This document shows positions 1-10,661 of a stretch of 64,000 bases of DNA, piece after piece. Each line of letters begins with the position of its first letter. The stretch's first letter is position 1. The stretch is taken from contig JAHDYR010000038.1 of assembly GCA_019828565.1 (NCBI GenBank), positions 14,635 to 78,634 of the forward strand, given 5' to 3'. Both the position numbers and the translations under genes were made by a program. A model generated the notes under the pieces. That model did not search any database, was not told the origin of the DNA, and was given only the letters and a program-made list of their open reading frames with translations. The stretch is from Carpediemonas membranifera BICM. Lineage: Eukaryota; Protista; Fornicata.

Positions 1-1332
1 TCATCCCGAAGCCCCCCAAACCAACGCCACGCAAGGAAACCGACTCGGAGCCCGTCGAACTGAGCATAAAACTCGAGCAATAGAACGCAGCCAATCGCCG
101 CCCTTAATCGCCGCACGTAATCGCGCCTCCTTATCATTTCGGGGGGGCTCCGGTCGCTCCTCCGGCTTCGTTCGGCTTCGCTTCGCTCCGGGCGCTCGTC
201 GCTACGCTCCTCCCGCCCTCCGCTACGCTACGCCTCTCTACGCCTCCGTCACTCTCTCTGCCCCCCTGCGACCCCCCGCGGACCTCCCAGCCACACACAA
301 CCAGTCACTCACCTTCAAAGCAGCATAAATACTCACCGTCGTCTCATTTCGTCATCGCACTTTATGGCTTCCCATGCAGAACTCACAATGCATCATCTGA
401 CCAAGCATAGTATGACGCCATAACGCGTTCCAGTATCACAACGTAGCATTTCGTGATCATGACGTTCATTTCAGATGAAGTCGTCATTTTTCAGAATTGC
501 ACTATCGATTACTCGATGGCCATAACTCGGATCGAAAAACGAAATAGCAAACCTTCATCTACATCTAAAACTACGTCGTTCTATACCTACACATTCTTTC
601 CATCATTCGTTTGAGAGGGTTTTTTTTGGTGTCAAAAAATCTTGTATTTAGCGAAAAATTAGTAGCTGCCTCGACCGCACCCTATGCCACTAAGAAGCGT
701 GGCCAGTTGCTAAGAGAACGCATGGCCCAGTCCCGAGTTCTGCGCCCCCGACCATGAGCTTCCCGACACCCACACCCAACCCGTCGTTAATTAATTTTCG
801 CCATCAACCCCCGCCATCAAGCCCACATAGGTTGGTGCATGCGTGTATGAGCCGGCTTGCGCTAGTCTCCTCCACGTCGTCTGGTCGGGTCCCCCCCGGA
901 GTATGACTCTTACCGACTGTCATAAATAACGGAGATTTAAGAATTATAAAAAGTTAGCTCGGAATTGATATGTCGAAGGGTAGGGACATATCGTGGTGTA
1001 TTTGCGTGGCTCTGCGTACTCTCCTCGTCGCGTGAGTCGCCCAAGGAGGTCGGGCAGACCCCCCAAAACGGCTACTCAGAACTTTACGACGAATAGAGAT
1101 AGCCCAGGTCTGACAAATGACTCCGGGGGGTATTCTGGGGTAAGTAAGGAGAATCTGGAATTACATCTGATATCCACTAAATATTCGGCGAGATATGAAG
1201 GTCGAGTCGAAATGTTCACTTGCTGTATAGTTAATTACCTTACCTTACCTTACGCTAATCCGTCGGCCCAGGCTACACCGACGGGCGGCGAGCCGGGTCA
1301 TCCCAGAGGACGTCCGTGACATCCTCACCACG

Positions 1333-3107
1333 GTGGCGGACGCTGTCGTTGACCCGTCTAAGGTCCCTCCCCCGGCCCCGAACGTGGCCACCAGCGCCAA
1401 GGCTGTGGCGAGGCGAGTCCGCACACGCGACACGGTGGCGGAGTTCTCCGCTGGCCAGGCCATGGTGGGCCGCGCAGATGCTCTCACACTGCTAGGTTTC
1501 CCACAGGGCTGGGTCGAGCGGATCGAAGCGGAGGGGGGCCTTCCCCTCAATACCCCCACCCCCCCACCAGCTCCTCCCTTACCGGCGACTCCTCGGGATC
1601 CCGATCGACCGAGAGTGGCCGCCCTCAACGCGGAGCTCCTCCAGCAGGGTGCGGCTTCGCTGCGTGAGGTGCCAAAGGGTCACCTGGTCAAGCTCTTCCC
1701 GGTGGCCAAGTCCTCGGGAAAGGACCGCGCGGTGCCGACTTCACCGAGGCAAACCTCCACATGCCTCTGGAGCCGTTCGCCTATGAACGCTTTCCAGCTC
1801 TGCTGGCGGCTTCATATTCGTGGGGCGCCACGGTGGACGCGAAGTCTGGCTACTTCCAGCTGCCGATTGCCCTGCGGGACCGGGACTTTGTCTACTGGTT
1901 GGCGACCAACGCGGAGGGTGAGACGGTTCACTTGGGCCTGGACGTCCTCGCCATGGGGCTGACCTCCGCTACGAAGGAATATAGCCGCATCTCCCACTAC
2001 CTGGCCGGGGCCATGAGGCGCCTCGGCTTCCCAGCGGCCCCCTACTTAGACGACGGCGCTTGCCTGGGCAGGACGAAGGCAGAGGCGGCCCTATGCGTGG
2101 CGGTGTGGGTGTCCCTCCTGGAGGCGGTCGGCATATTCGTGTCTTGGGACAAGTCTGACCTTACCCCCTCTCGGTCGATCGTCTTCCGTGGTCTCCTGCT
2201 GGATCTCCAACAGCACCAGGTGCGACTGCCGGAGGACAAGTGCCACGACATCAGCGGAGCCCTCAGCCAGTGGGCGCAGACGGGCGCTACCAGCACCAGG
2301 AGGGCCCTATCATACGTGGGCAAGGTCGAGTTTGCGTACAACGCGGTTGTGCAGGCTCGTTGGCTCATAAGCAAGGCGCGCCGTAATGTGCTGGCGACCG
2401 AGAAGGCCGGCCGGGACACCGTCCACTTCACCACCGAGGCCAGGCAGGACCTCAGGCGGCTGGCGGCGTTCGTGAAGGCGAACCGGGGTCGCCCAATGGT
2501 GGCGAGACCAACGTCACTCACGATTGTCACCGACGCCTGCACGACGGGTATGGGAGCAGCAACGCTCGATGAGAACGGCGACGTGGTCGGTACAATTGCT
2601 GAGGACATTCTCCCGGATGAACTCATTGCCCAGAGTGAAATCCGGGCCGTGCACACCGCTCTCCAGACGTTTGATCCCCCAAGGTCGACATCGGTCGTCA
2701 TCCTGACGGATAACGCGGTAACGTACTCCGTCCTGCGGAACTTCAAATGCGCACCCTCGGTGGCGGAGATGAGCTCACCAATATTCGATCTAGTCACAGA
2801 TCGGGACTGGGATGTGTTACCCCTATACATCCAGACCGACCTGAATACGGTCGCGGATGAGCTCTCGCGCGACACGTCAATCCAGGGTCACCTCCTGGAG
2901 GGAGTGAGAGCGTGGGTGCCGAGGAGTGCGGAGTCGCTCCAGATTGATCACCGGACTCCATTCTCATTCTCTGATCCGTTCGCCACCCCCGTCTTCGACC
3001 GCCCAGAGGTTGCGGACAGAGGCCCAAAACCATGGGCTGGTTGGTCCAGAAAGCTCCTGATGGGCTGGACGGGCTGCCTCCCTCCACGACGTGGAGTGCC
3101 CGAGTGA
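1333..3107 (+). pseudogene. DIRS reverse transcriptase + RNase H (1-nt frameshift near 1734)
   Basis: LFPVAKSSGKDRAV/DFTEAN across the shift; VDAKSGYFQ, LAMGL, PYLDDG; RNase H VTDAC, SEIRA, LTDN, NTVADELSR. Confidence 0.88.
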
Positions 3108-4530
3108 TCCCAGGGCTCTTTCAGACGAGGGCGACAGGGCGGAGGACGATGTCGTCGTCCGCGCATACGCCGGGCTGGCTGATCAGGCACAGGCCAGAGC
3201 GCCCATCGCGGTGGTCACCGTCCCGGGTCTGGGTAAGAAGGGTATCCCCAACGGTTCCGTCGATGACCAGGTCCACCACTGGCTGGCGTCCCCAGGCCCG
3301 ATGAGGCCCAAGTCGATCACTTTCAGCATGCCCACTACGACATCATACCTGCCGGTCTGGTGGCCGCTGCTCCGGGACCTACAGGTGACGGTTGACGGAG
3401 ACCGAGTCACCCTCCATTCCCCTACGCCAGAGAGTGACACGCTGATTGCTCGATCCCTTGTCCAAGAGGCGGCCGCGACTCGTCAGACACAGGACATCAC
3501 CAGCCTGCCGGCACTTGTAGGCGAGCAGGGGGCGCAGGAGGCCGACACCAGGAACTCTGTTCGGTCGGCCCTCGAAGTTCTTCGGAATGGTAGAGCCGCG
3601 GGCGCGTCCCAGGTCGAGCGCTTGGCCGCAGAAGCTGTGGAGCAGACACTCTCCAGCCGGAAGGAGGCGATCACAACGGCCTGGAACAAGTGGTACGCCT
3701 TCTGTATCGCGATGTCTCACCCTGCCACAGTGTTCGACCAGACAGCAGCAATCGCCTTCCACCGCTGGGTGACACGAGACTGCCCGACACGGCGAGTCAA
3801 TAGCGCCACGGCGAAGACATACGCAGGAACCCTGTCATCTCTACTCTGCACCGACCGGGAGGCCCTGGCGAACAATGTCACGAGAGCGGTGATTCGCAAC
3901 TTTCATCGTGAGGCCAATAGGATGGCGGCTACGGCCAAGCGACACGCGGTGCCGGTGAGTGGGCAGCAGCTGACGTTCTTGTGCACGGAGCTGGCGAATG
4001 CTTCCGCCATGAACGCAAGAGTACGCGCCATGGGTGTTGTGCTGCTTTGCTTCCTCACTGGTGCACGGGCCAACGAAGCTAACGTGACGTTCAGGCAGAT
4101 TTCCACACTGGCACGAGAAGAAGTCATCTCCATCAAGATACACCAGTACAAGACAGACGGATCCGCAAACGCAAGACCTGGCAACCCGGCACCACTTGCT
4201 GTTCGCCCAGTGGACATCTATCTGAGGACATATCCTCAATTGGTGAAGACTGCTTTCACCAACCTCCTCAGACGCTCAGTGGAGCACTATTCCGCGATCG
4301 GACAACCAGCTTGCGCTGTTACACCAGTTTTCCCTTTCCTTCCCGGAAGATTCACGCCCATTCGGTCATCGCTTTATCGCTCCCACGATCACGACTGAAC
4401 TGAGTCGAATCCCCGAACTCGCCGGCCTGACGGGACACAGCGGCAGGATCGGACAGGTTGCCTGTCAACTCTCGCAGGCGAGAACCACAGCCGAGATTAA
4501 CGAGTGGTTTGGCTGGCTAGGACATGATAC
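3091..4530 (+). pseudogene. DIRS tyrosine recombinase, N-terminal part (frameshift near 4340), preceded by a degenerate methyltransferase-like segment
   Basis: FLTGARANE (catalytic R), YKTD (K); +1 frame gives LTGHSGRIG (HxxR) and FGWLGHD; WWPLL resembles the end of the DIRS MT domain. Confidence 0.85.
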
Positions 4531-4649
4531 TGTGCTTGGTTTGGCCTTGAATGGAACTTTCCAATTAATGGATGAGAACTGATTTACTCCTGGAAACCGC
4601 AGTGGTGAAAATGGTCAAAAACCAAAACCTTAAACTGCGCCTCACCACA
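4531..4649 (-). repeat. 3' LTR (119 bp)
   Basis: 118/119 identical to 8474-8592; adjacent polypurine tract AGAGAGGGTAG on the minus strand (4650-4660). Confidence 0.95.
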
Positions 4650-4661
4650 CTACCCTCTCTA

Positions 4662-7600
4662 TTACAGCTGAATGCCGGTCTTCGACAAGTACCGGTCGAG
4701 GGCTTCGAGGTCACGGACCTCGGCATAGGGAAGCCAGGTGTCGTCATCGGGACCGTAGCCGGCCCAGCGGACACGGAAACGGAAACGGGTCTTGGTACGA
4801 CCAGAGCGGTGGTCGATGATGTCTTCGACGGTGTATTCTTGCTCACCGGCGGCAGCGAAGGCGGTGAGGTCGTCGGGGGTGTAGTCGCCGAGGAAGGGAA
4901 CGAGGCGGCGGAGATCATACGTCTCTTCGGCACGAGTTCGAAGATTCGTGAGGGTGGCGAGTGTGCCGTCGAGGGAGGCTACGGTGTAGGGGCCCATATA
5001 GATGGGGCTCAGACGAGAGGGGCCACGGGCATTGTCGGGCCTGGTGACCACAACAGCTTGGCCGACAGTGAAAGTGGTCTGGGTGACCGGACGTGGCTTA
5101 GGAACTGGCACGGCCTTGACAAGCTGTCTCTGTGCCTCAAGCAGGTTGTCGTAGTACAATGCGACGTCGCCCACCCCCTCCACCGGGTTGTGTAGCAGTA
5201 CTCGGTCCGTGTCGGTGAGGTTACCGAACATGATGTTGGCCGGGGGTATGTTGCCGGTGGCTGCACACGGCGTGCAGTTCAGAGTGCGCTGTACAAGCGG
5301 GAGACAGGCAACCCAGTCGGCTAAATCATCGGTCAGCTCGTTCATGGCGGCGCGGAGGTGGCGGTTCACTTCCTTGTTGCGGCGCTCGATGATGCCGTTA
5401 TACTGGTGATGGTACGGGAGCGTAAAGTCGTGCTGAATGTTCAGGATGCGCGAGAGCTGAGCAAACAGGTGGGCGGTAAAGTGGGGGCCCTGATCAGAGC
5501 GAATGTGTGCCGGGCATCCGTAGCGGCCCACCAGTTGCATGATGGCCGTGACCGCTGACTGCGCGGTGCAATCGGGCGTGGGAACTAGCTCCACGAACCG
5601 GGAGAAGCAGTCAACGGCGGCTAGGATGTGACGGAAACCGTGTTCTTCCGGGAACGGGCCAATAAAGTCCACGGCCCAGGTGTGCATGGGGTACGGTGCC
5701 ATTGTGGGCTGGCGAGGGAGGTCTACACTGACCTTGGCGCGCTGTCGCGTGAGCTGGCACACCGGGCATGTACGGACTAGGGGCTTGACGTGTTTCTCGA
5801 TCGCCTTGCGGGCAAACGAAGGTAGCTGGGCGGCGATCCGATCCGTCGTGATGCGGGTGCCCATGTGTCCAACACGGGCGTTGTGGCACTTGCCAAAAAG
5901 CTGCCGTACCTGGTGGGTAATGTCCACCGGGGATGCCACGCGCTGTGAGCGAATCGTCAGGCATCTGGAAAGGCAATCGGCCACCTCGTTGTTGACTCCG
6001 GCGATGTGACGGACCGTGAAGTCGTATTCGGAGAGGCGAAGGCGCCAGCGGACGAGCTTAGGCGTAGTGGTGGACTCAAGATAGGTCAAATTCCGATGGT
6101 CCGTCTCGACAACGAAGGGGTGCCCTAGGATGAAATGCTCGAAGCTGATGATGGCATGGAACACGCCAAAGAGCTCCTGTTCGATGGTGCTCCAGCGTTG
6201 CTCGGCCTCAGTGAAACGGTGGGAGGTGTAGGCGATGACTTGTTCCTCACCGTCCTTCTCCTGCAGGAGAACACCGCCGCAACCGGCGGTGGAGGCGTCG
6301 GTACGCACGATGAGCGTCCGGGAGTAGTCGGGGTACGCGAGGATCGGTCGGCGCATGATGAGGCGCTTCACTTCCTCGAAGGCCTGCTGTTGGGCTTTGC
6401 CCCAGACGAACGGCACTTTTGCCTTGGTGAGGTCGACGATGGGCGCCAGGACCGATGCGTAGTTCGGAATAAATTCCCGCAGGTAGTTAGTCATACCCGT
6501 GAATGAGCGCACCGCCGCGACCGACGAAGGGGGCTTCATCGCGACGATAGCAGCGACGCGCTCCGGTGATGTGCGGATGCCTTTCTTCGAGATGAGGTGT
6601 CCCACGTACTCTACCTCGGTCTTCGCGAACTGGCACTTGTCACGACCCAGACGGAACTGGTGTTGCTGGAGGCGGTCGAATACGGCGCGCGTGTTGCGAT
6701 CCAGCTCTTCCTGGGTGTCCCCATGGATGATCACGTCGTCTAGGTATACCTCACAGATGCGACCGACGAGTCCGTTGAGCACAGACATCATCATACGTTG
6801 GAAAAAGGAAGGGGCACAACGTAGACCGAAAGGGAGACGGCAGAACTCAAACAGGCCAGCGGGCGTCGCGAATGCCGTGAGAGGACGGGAGGCCGGGTCC
6901 ACCGGAACCTGGTGATATCCGCTGACCAGGTCAATCGTCGTGTAGTAGTTATGGCCGGCGAGCCTACGATGCAGCTCAGCCGGGTTGCTTAGCGGGTACT
7001 GCAGGGGGACCGTTTTCTCGTTCAGGCGCCGGTAGTCAATTACCATGCGACGCTTGCCCCCGCGCTTCGGCACTGTGAAGGCGGGGGAGGCGAAAGGCGA
7101 GGTCGAGGGTTGGATAATGCCTCTGGCGAGGAGCCCATCTACCTCTGCCTTGACGGCCTCAGCTAGGGCGGGCGACATACGGCGCGGTGGAAACGGGGCG
7201 ACGTCGGTGTCGGATAGGTCAATGTGGAAAGGCTCAACACCGATGACACCAGGCAGTTCAGAAGCGAACAGGTCCGGGTAGTCCTGGATCAGCGGATGAG
7301 CGATCTCGGCTGGTGCACGATCGTCAGGCAGGGGCACCGGGGTGGCCTCAACGAACTCTGCCTCGGCGCGCGGGGCGAGCAGGTCGGGCAACAAACCCAC
7401 GGCGCGTATCGTGGGCACGCCGATGATTAGCTCTCCGGCGGAAGGGAGGACGAAGAACTCCGCCGTGACCTCCACTGGACGCTCGAGCTGCAGTGTGATA
7501 GTCACGGGACGGGTCGTATACTCCGCGGTAATAGTGCCGTTGGCCGTCTCGAGCGGGACGTGGGCCTCGAAGAGACGCAGGTGCATCTCCTCGGCAAGCG

Positions 7601-7910
7601 CTGGAGGGATGAAGTTAAGGCTGGCACCGGTATCAAGCAAGGCGGTGCGAGGGACGTGGTCAGAGAAATGGAGGCTCACATGAGGGCTGCTGTTGTTGGT
7701 GTGGGCGGCCAACTTAGCAGTGAGGTTGAGCGCTTGGCGACGGATGCCATGCGCGAAGAAGCCGGGGTGATCCCGGTGAGGGCACTCGGGCCGTACATGA
7801 CCTGTGAGGCCACAACCGTGGCAGATGAGCTCCGACTTCGGCCGGCGATCGACGGTAGGGGCGGTCGGCTCAGCCTTGGCCTTGATGGGCGGAGGGCGCC
7901 GGGGCGGCAT
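4662..7910 (-). CDS. pol: Gypsy nucleocapsid-Pol polyprotein (zinc knuckle, aspartic protease, RT, RNase H, integrase, chromodomain)
   Basis: CHGCGLTGHVRPEC; LLDTGA; YLDD; TDAS; H-x6-H...CPVC; VDF...SDQG...IERRN; MGPY; chromodomain EYTVEDIIDHR...VRWAGYGPDDDTW. Confidence 0.96.
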   Translation of the reverse strand: MPPRRPPPIKAKAEPTAPTVDRRPKSELICHGCGLTGHVRPECPHRDHPGFFAHGIRRQALNLTAKLAAHTNNSSPHVSLHFSDHVPRTALLDTGASLNFIPPALAEEMHLRLFEAHVPLETANGTITAEYTTRPVTITLQLERPVEVTAEFFVLPSAGELIIGVPTIRAVGLLPDLLAPRAEAEFVEATPVPLPDDRAPAEIAHPLIQDYPDLFASELPGVIGVEPFHIDLSDTDVAPFPPRRMSPALAEAVKAEVDGLLARGIIQPSTSPFASPAFTVPKRGGKRRMVIDYRRLNEKTVPLQYPLSNPAELHRRLAGHNYYTTIDLVSGYHQVPVDPASRPLTAFATPAGLFEFCRLPFGLRCAPSFFQRMMMSVLNGLVGRICEVYLDDVIIHGDTQEELDRNTRAVFDRLQQHQFRLGRDKCQFAKTEVEYVGHLISKKGIRTSPERVAAIVAMKPPSSVAAVRSFTGMTNYLREFIPNYASVLAPIVDLTKAKVPFVWGKAQQQAFEEVKRLIMRRPILAYPDYSRTLIVRTDASTAGCGGVLLQEKDGEEQVIAYTSHRFTEAEQRWSTIEQELFGVFHAIISFEHFILGHPFVVETDHRNLTYLESTTTPKLVRWRLRLSEYDFTVRHIAGVNNEVADCLSRCLTIRSQRVASPVDITHQVRQLFGKCHNARVGHMGTRITTDRIAAQLPSFARKAIEKHVKPLVRTCPVCQLTRQRAKVSVDLPRQPTMAPYPMHTWAVDFIGPFPEEHGFRHILAAVDCFSRFVELVPTPDCTAQSAVTAIMQLVGRYGCPAHIRSDQGPHFTAHLFAQLSRILNIQHDFTLPYHHQYNGIIERRNKEVNRHLRAAMNELTDDLADWVACLPLVQRTLNCTPCAATGNIPPANIMFGNLTDTDRVLLHNPVEGVGDVALYYDNLLEAQRQLVKAVPVPKPRPVTQTTFTVGQAVVVTRPDNARGPSRLSPIYMGPYTVASLDGTLATLTNLRTRAEETYDLRRLVPFLGDYTPDDLTAFAAAGEQEYTVEDIIDHRSGRTKTRFRFRVRWAGYGPDDDTWLPYAEVRDLEALDRYLSKTGIQL

Positions 7911-8460
7911 GTCGAGGCGGGGCTCGTCGCGGAAAAGATTCGCTCTGCGCGCGGATGGAGACTATGTCATCGAGCTCTGTGATGGCCGCCTCACAGGCCT
8001 CAGCGAAGGTCTCGGGGCTAACGATCTTGAGGCGAGTCTTGAGGGCCGAGGGGAGCGAGGCAGTGAAGAGCTTCCGCGTCTGTTGATCGATGGGGCGAGT
8101 GTTATCATCACATAGCGCGAGGGTCTTATGGTAAGTGTCTATGTGGGCTAAGAGGGCCGGCGGCTCGAGGGAGCGCAGGCGGAGGCGCTGGATAGACTGG
8201 TAAGCTTCAACTTGTGTATGAAACTTGAAGAACTCGGTCGCGATAGTGTCGAAGAGGTCGCCGTCGGGGATATCGTCGATAGGGACGCGGAGGCGCACGA
8301 GGCGCGTGACAGATGGGCTAAGGAAGGTTGCAAGGGGAGGTAGTTGGAGATTGAGGGCTCTCGCTTGAACTTGGTAGTGATCGACGTCGTCCTGGAAGGT
8401 GAAGAAGGCAGAACGCGTAAGCGATCGCAAATACGGGATGGTGATGCCAAAAGACTGCAT
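7870..8460 (-). CDS. gag: Gypsy Gag (capsid-like), overlapping Pol in a +1 relationship
   Basis: ATG 13 nt after the 5' LTR; helical gag-like sequence (LFTASLPSALKTRL...PETFAEACEAA); position upstream of pol. Confidence 0.75.
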   Translation of the reverse strand: MQSFGITIPYLRSLTRSAFFTFQDDVDHYQVQARALNLQLPPLATFLSPSVTRLVRLRVPIDDIPDGDLFDTIATEFFKFHTQVEAYQSIQRLRLRSLEPPALLAHIDTYHKTLALCDDNTRPIDQQTRKLFTASLPSALKTRLKIVSPETFAEACEAAITELDDIVSIRAQSESFPRRAPPRHAAPAPSAHQGQG

Positions 8461-8473
8461 GTAGTATCGATAC

Positions 8474-8592
8474 TGTGCTTGGTTTGGCCTTGAAGGGAAC
8501 TTTCCAATTAATGGATGAGAACTGATTTACTCCTGGAAACCGCAGTGGTGAAAATGGTCAAAAACCAAAACCTTAAACTGCGCCTCACCACA
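8474..8592 (-). repeat. 5' LTR (119 bp)
   Basis: Direct repeat of 4531-4649 with one mismatch (gaatgg vs gaaggg). Confidence 0.95.
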
Positions 8593-8596
8593 ATAC

Positions 8597-8786
8597 AGTC
8601 CAAGGCTACATAGCGGCGGCGCAGGCCGGCCAGCAAGGTGGCGCTCCCCGGGCGATCCAATCGTCTGGGAGCACTACTGTCGTAGTGGAGGGATCATCGG
8701 GAAGTCGCTTGGAGTGCGTCCACGCCCCAACCCAGCCGGCGGGCGTCGGACGCAGTCCCGATGAGATCCCCTCCCTACGACAGTAA
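8597..8786 (+). pseudogene. C-terminal remainder of the DIRS tyrosine recombinase, including the catalytic Tyr
   Basis: Removing the LTR element and one TSD copy restores GWLGHD-TVQGYIAAA in frame, to TAA at 8784-8786. Confidence 0.8.
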
Positions 8787-9219
8787 ATGGCGCGAGCCGA
8801 GTCATCCGACTCAATCATGCGACCCAATTCGCTGAAAAACGACTCGGCCGGCCATGGCCACCAGGGCGCCAACAGCCTGTCCAAACGAGTCTATACGGGC
8901 TAAAAGGGGCGTAAGAGGTCTCATTTCGGCCTGGATGGTTGGAGAGCTTGGAGGCCAGACCAGCATGGATGCCAGCGGATGGGGCAGCAGCAGAGCGCCA
9001 AACCGGAACCATGGGTCAAAATGAGGTGTTAAATGGCCGTAATGTACATGAATATGACTGCAGAACTCACCAGAATTGCCCTATCCTGTGGCTGGTCGAC
9101 CTGCTACGAGGCCGGCTTGACTGGAGTTGCCTGGACTGAGTCAGACGCCCACAGCGATACTTCGTTAGAAATGCTTGAGAGGTGGAGGGACGTTTATCGT
9201 ACAGGGCTATTGCCATATG

Positions 9220-10563
9220 TCACACGCCGACGCTCATCCACGCGCCAGCCTTCAGTTTCGGACCCGTGTTAGTCTGCATTGCCAGGCGCGCTGCACGCAT
9301 CATGTCATGACTTTGCGACTCATTCAAATACTTCTGGGTAATCCCCTTAAACTGCGCTTCCCCGAGCTCCGAGTGTAGAACCATGAGACATGCCCGGCCG
9401 TTGGTCCTGGTGGCCGAGCTCTGGTCCGTGACGAGCGAGTAGACGCCCTTCACGATGTCCCCGAGCTGGTAGGACGCCGGCACCGACGGCAGCCGGGGAA
9501 TGGTCTGGCCGAGCGCCTCAGCCACGTGGGCGCGGTACGACGCGTTCCGGTTGCGGACCCCGGCGAGGAGCCCGCTGATGACGAGATCGGGCCGGGCGGA
9601 CGAGGCGACTGCGAGCAGACACTCGTGGGCCCGGTCTGTGAGGAAGGCGTTGGAGACGCACGCCCGCTTGAGGGCGACGTTGAGGGTGGAGACAATGGTG
9701 TTCTTGTCCCGGACAAAGAGATTGGCCCGTCCGGCCTCAGTGGCCGAGGCTACATAGATGTCCCGGAGCGTCTCAAGGGCGACCTTGGCGACCCCAGACC
9801 GCAGAGAGTCGACCGTTGCCAGGATAAGCTTGAACATGCGGGGCAGCTCGGGGAACTCGAGCAGCACGCCTATCGAGTGCTGGGCCGCCCGCTGCACCGT
9901 GACCAGGGCGTCCTTCTGAACCTCCCAGCCGTCCGCCTCCAGCCCCGCCACTGCAGTCTGAAGCTCCCGTACAGGGTCTGTGAGGGGCACCAGGGAGCGC
10001 TCCTCACGAACGACAGAGCGGGGACGGGTTGGCTGCGATGGCCGCGAGGGCAGGGGCAACGCCGGGGAGGGCAGATCAGTGCCGATACTGACTGTCGATG
10101 GTTGTCGCACAAGAGCCTTCGGCCTATCGCTGTCGGACGGGCCGCGGGTCATAGTGCGCCCTGGGGCGGGGGGCCGCACGAGCCTTGGCCTGTCTGGTGG
10201 AAGCGTCGGCTGAGACGGTATCACAGTGCTAACTTCAGCCCTCTGCGGCATTGGCGGCGCCGTCATATTCAGCAGCGAGCGTCTGACAGATGGCTTGCGA
10301 CTGTCGGCTGGAACTGTATTCCGCATACTTAAAGGATAGCGGCCGTTATCAACCACATCGGGCTGTAAACTAGTACCATGATTTGCTACAGGCGTACTGG
10401 GCGCCGAAATTGGTGCTTTGCTTCGTAACATTGCTAATATTTCATTTCTTCTTGAAGCACTCGATTGCGACGATGATGCTGACATGGCTTCTCTTCGCCC
10501 AGAAGCCAACAACGACACACTTGTCCTCCGAGTCCTCAGCTGCGCGGACTCTACTCGATTCAT
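9220..10563 (-). CDS. TOG/CLASP_N-domain microtubule-binding protein (TOGARAM/crescerin-like)
   Basis: Low-complexity N-terminus followed by HEAT repeats WEVQKDAL..., SLRSGVAKVA, SNAFL; first ATG at 10563. Confidence 0.8.
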   Translation of the reverse strand: MNRVESAQLRTRRTSVSLLASGRREAMSASSSQSSASRRNEILAMLRSKAPISAPSTPVANHGTSLQPDVVDNGRYPLSMRNTVPADSRKPSVRRSLLNMTAPPMPQRAEVSTVIPSQPTLPPDRPRLVRPPAPGRTMTRGPSDSDRPKALVRQPSTVSIGTDLPSPALPLPSRPSQPTRPRSVVREERSLVPLTDPVRELQTAVAGLEADGWEVQKDALVTVQRAAQHSIGVLLEFPELPRMFKLILATVDSLRSGVAKVALETLRDIYVASATEAGRANLFVRDKNTIVSTLNVALKRACVSNAFLTDRAHECLLAVASSARPDLVISGLLAGVRNRNASYRAHVAEALGQTIPRLPSVPASYQLGDIVKGVYSLVTDQSSATRTNGRACLMVLHSELGEAQFKGITQKYLNESQSHDMMRAARLAMQTNTGPKLKAGAWMSVGV

Positions 10564-10661
10564 GGAGTTTCTCAGGCTAAAATGCACTCGAAGATCTGCC
10601 CGCAGATGAAGAGGTTCAAACGCCGACCCAGGTAACTGCGAGAGTTTATCTATCTACAGAT

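Larger units (their letters stand above)
4531..8592 (-). mobile_element. Ty3/Gypsy chromovirus LTR retrotransposon, full length (~4.06 kb)
   Basis: TG...CA LTRs at both ends; TSD ATAC at 4527-4530 and 8593-8596; gag + PR-RT-RH-IN-chromodomain. Confidence 0.96.
1333..8786 (+). mobile_element. DIRS/PAT-like tyrosine-recombinase retrotransposon (RT-RNaseH-MT-like-YR), interrupted by an LTR element; termini not resolved
   Basis: RT, RNase H and YR motifs occur in DIRS order; the YR frame resumes after the Gypsy insertion and stops at 8784-8786. Confidence 0.88.

Noticed and set aside
688-702. CACTAAGAAGCGTGG as left TIR partner of the 62309 end
   Set aside because: Only 7-9 bp match, there is no TSD, and it would enclose 25 kb of housekeeping genes.
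4526-4530. Extending both LTRs by the shared GATAC
   Set aside because: This loses the TG terminus and the TSD, and does not restore the recombinase frame.
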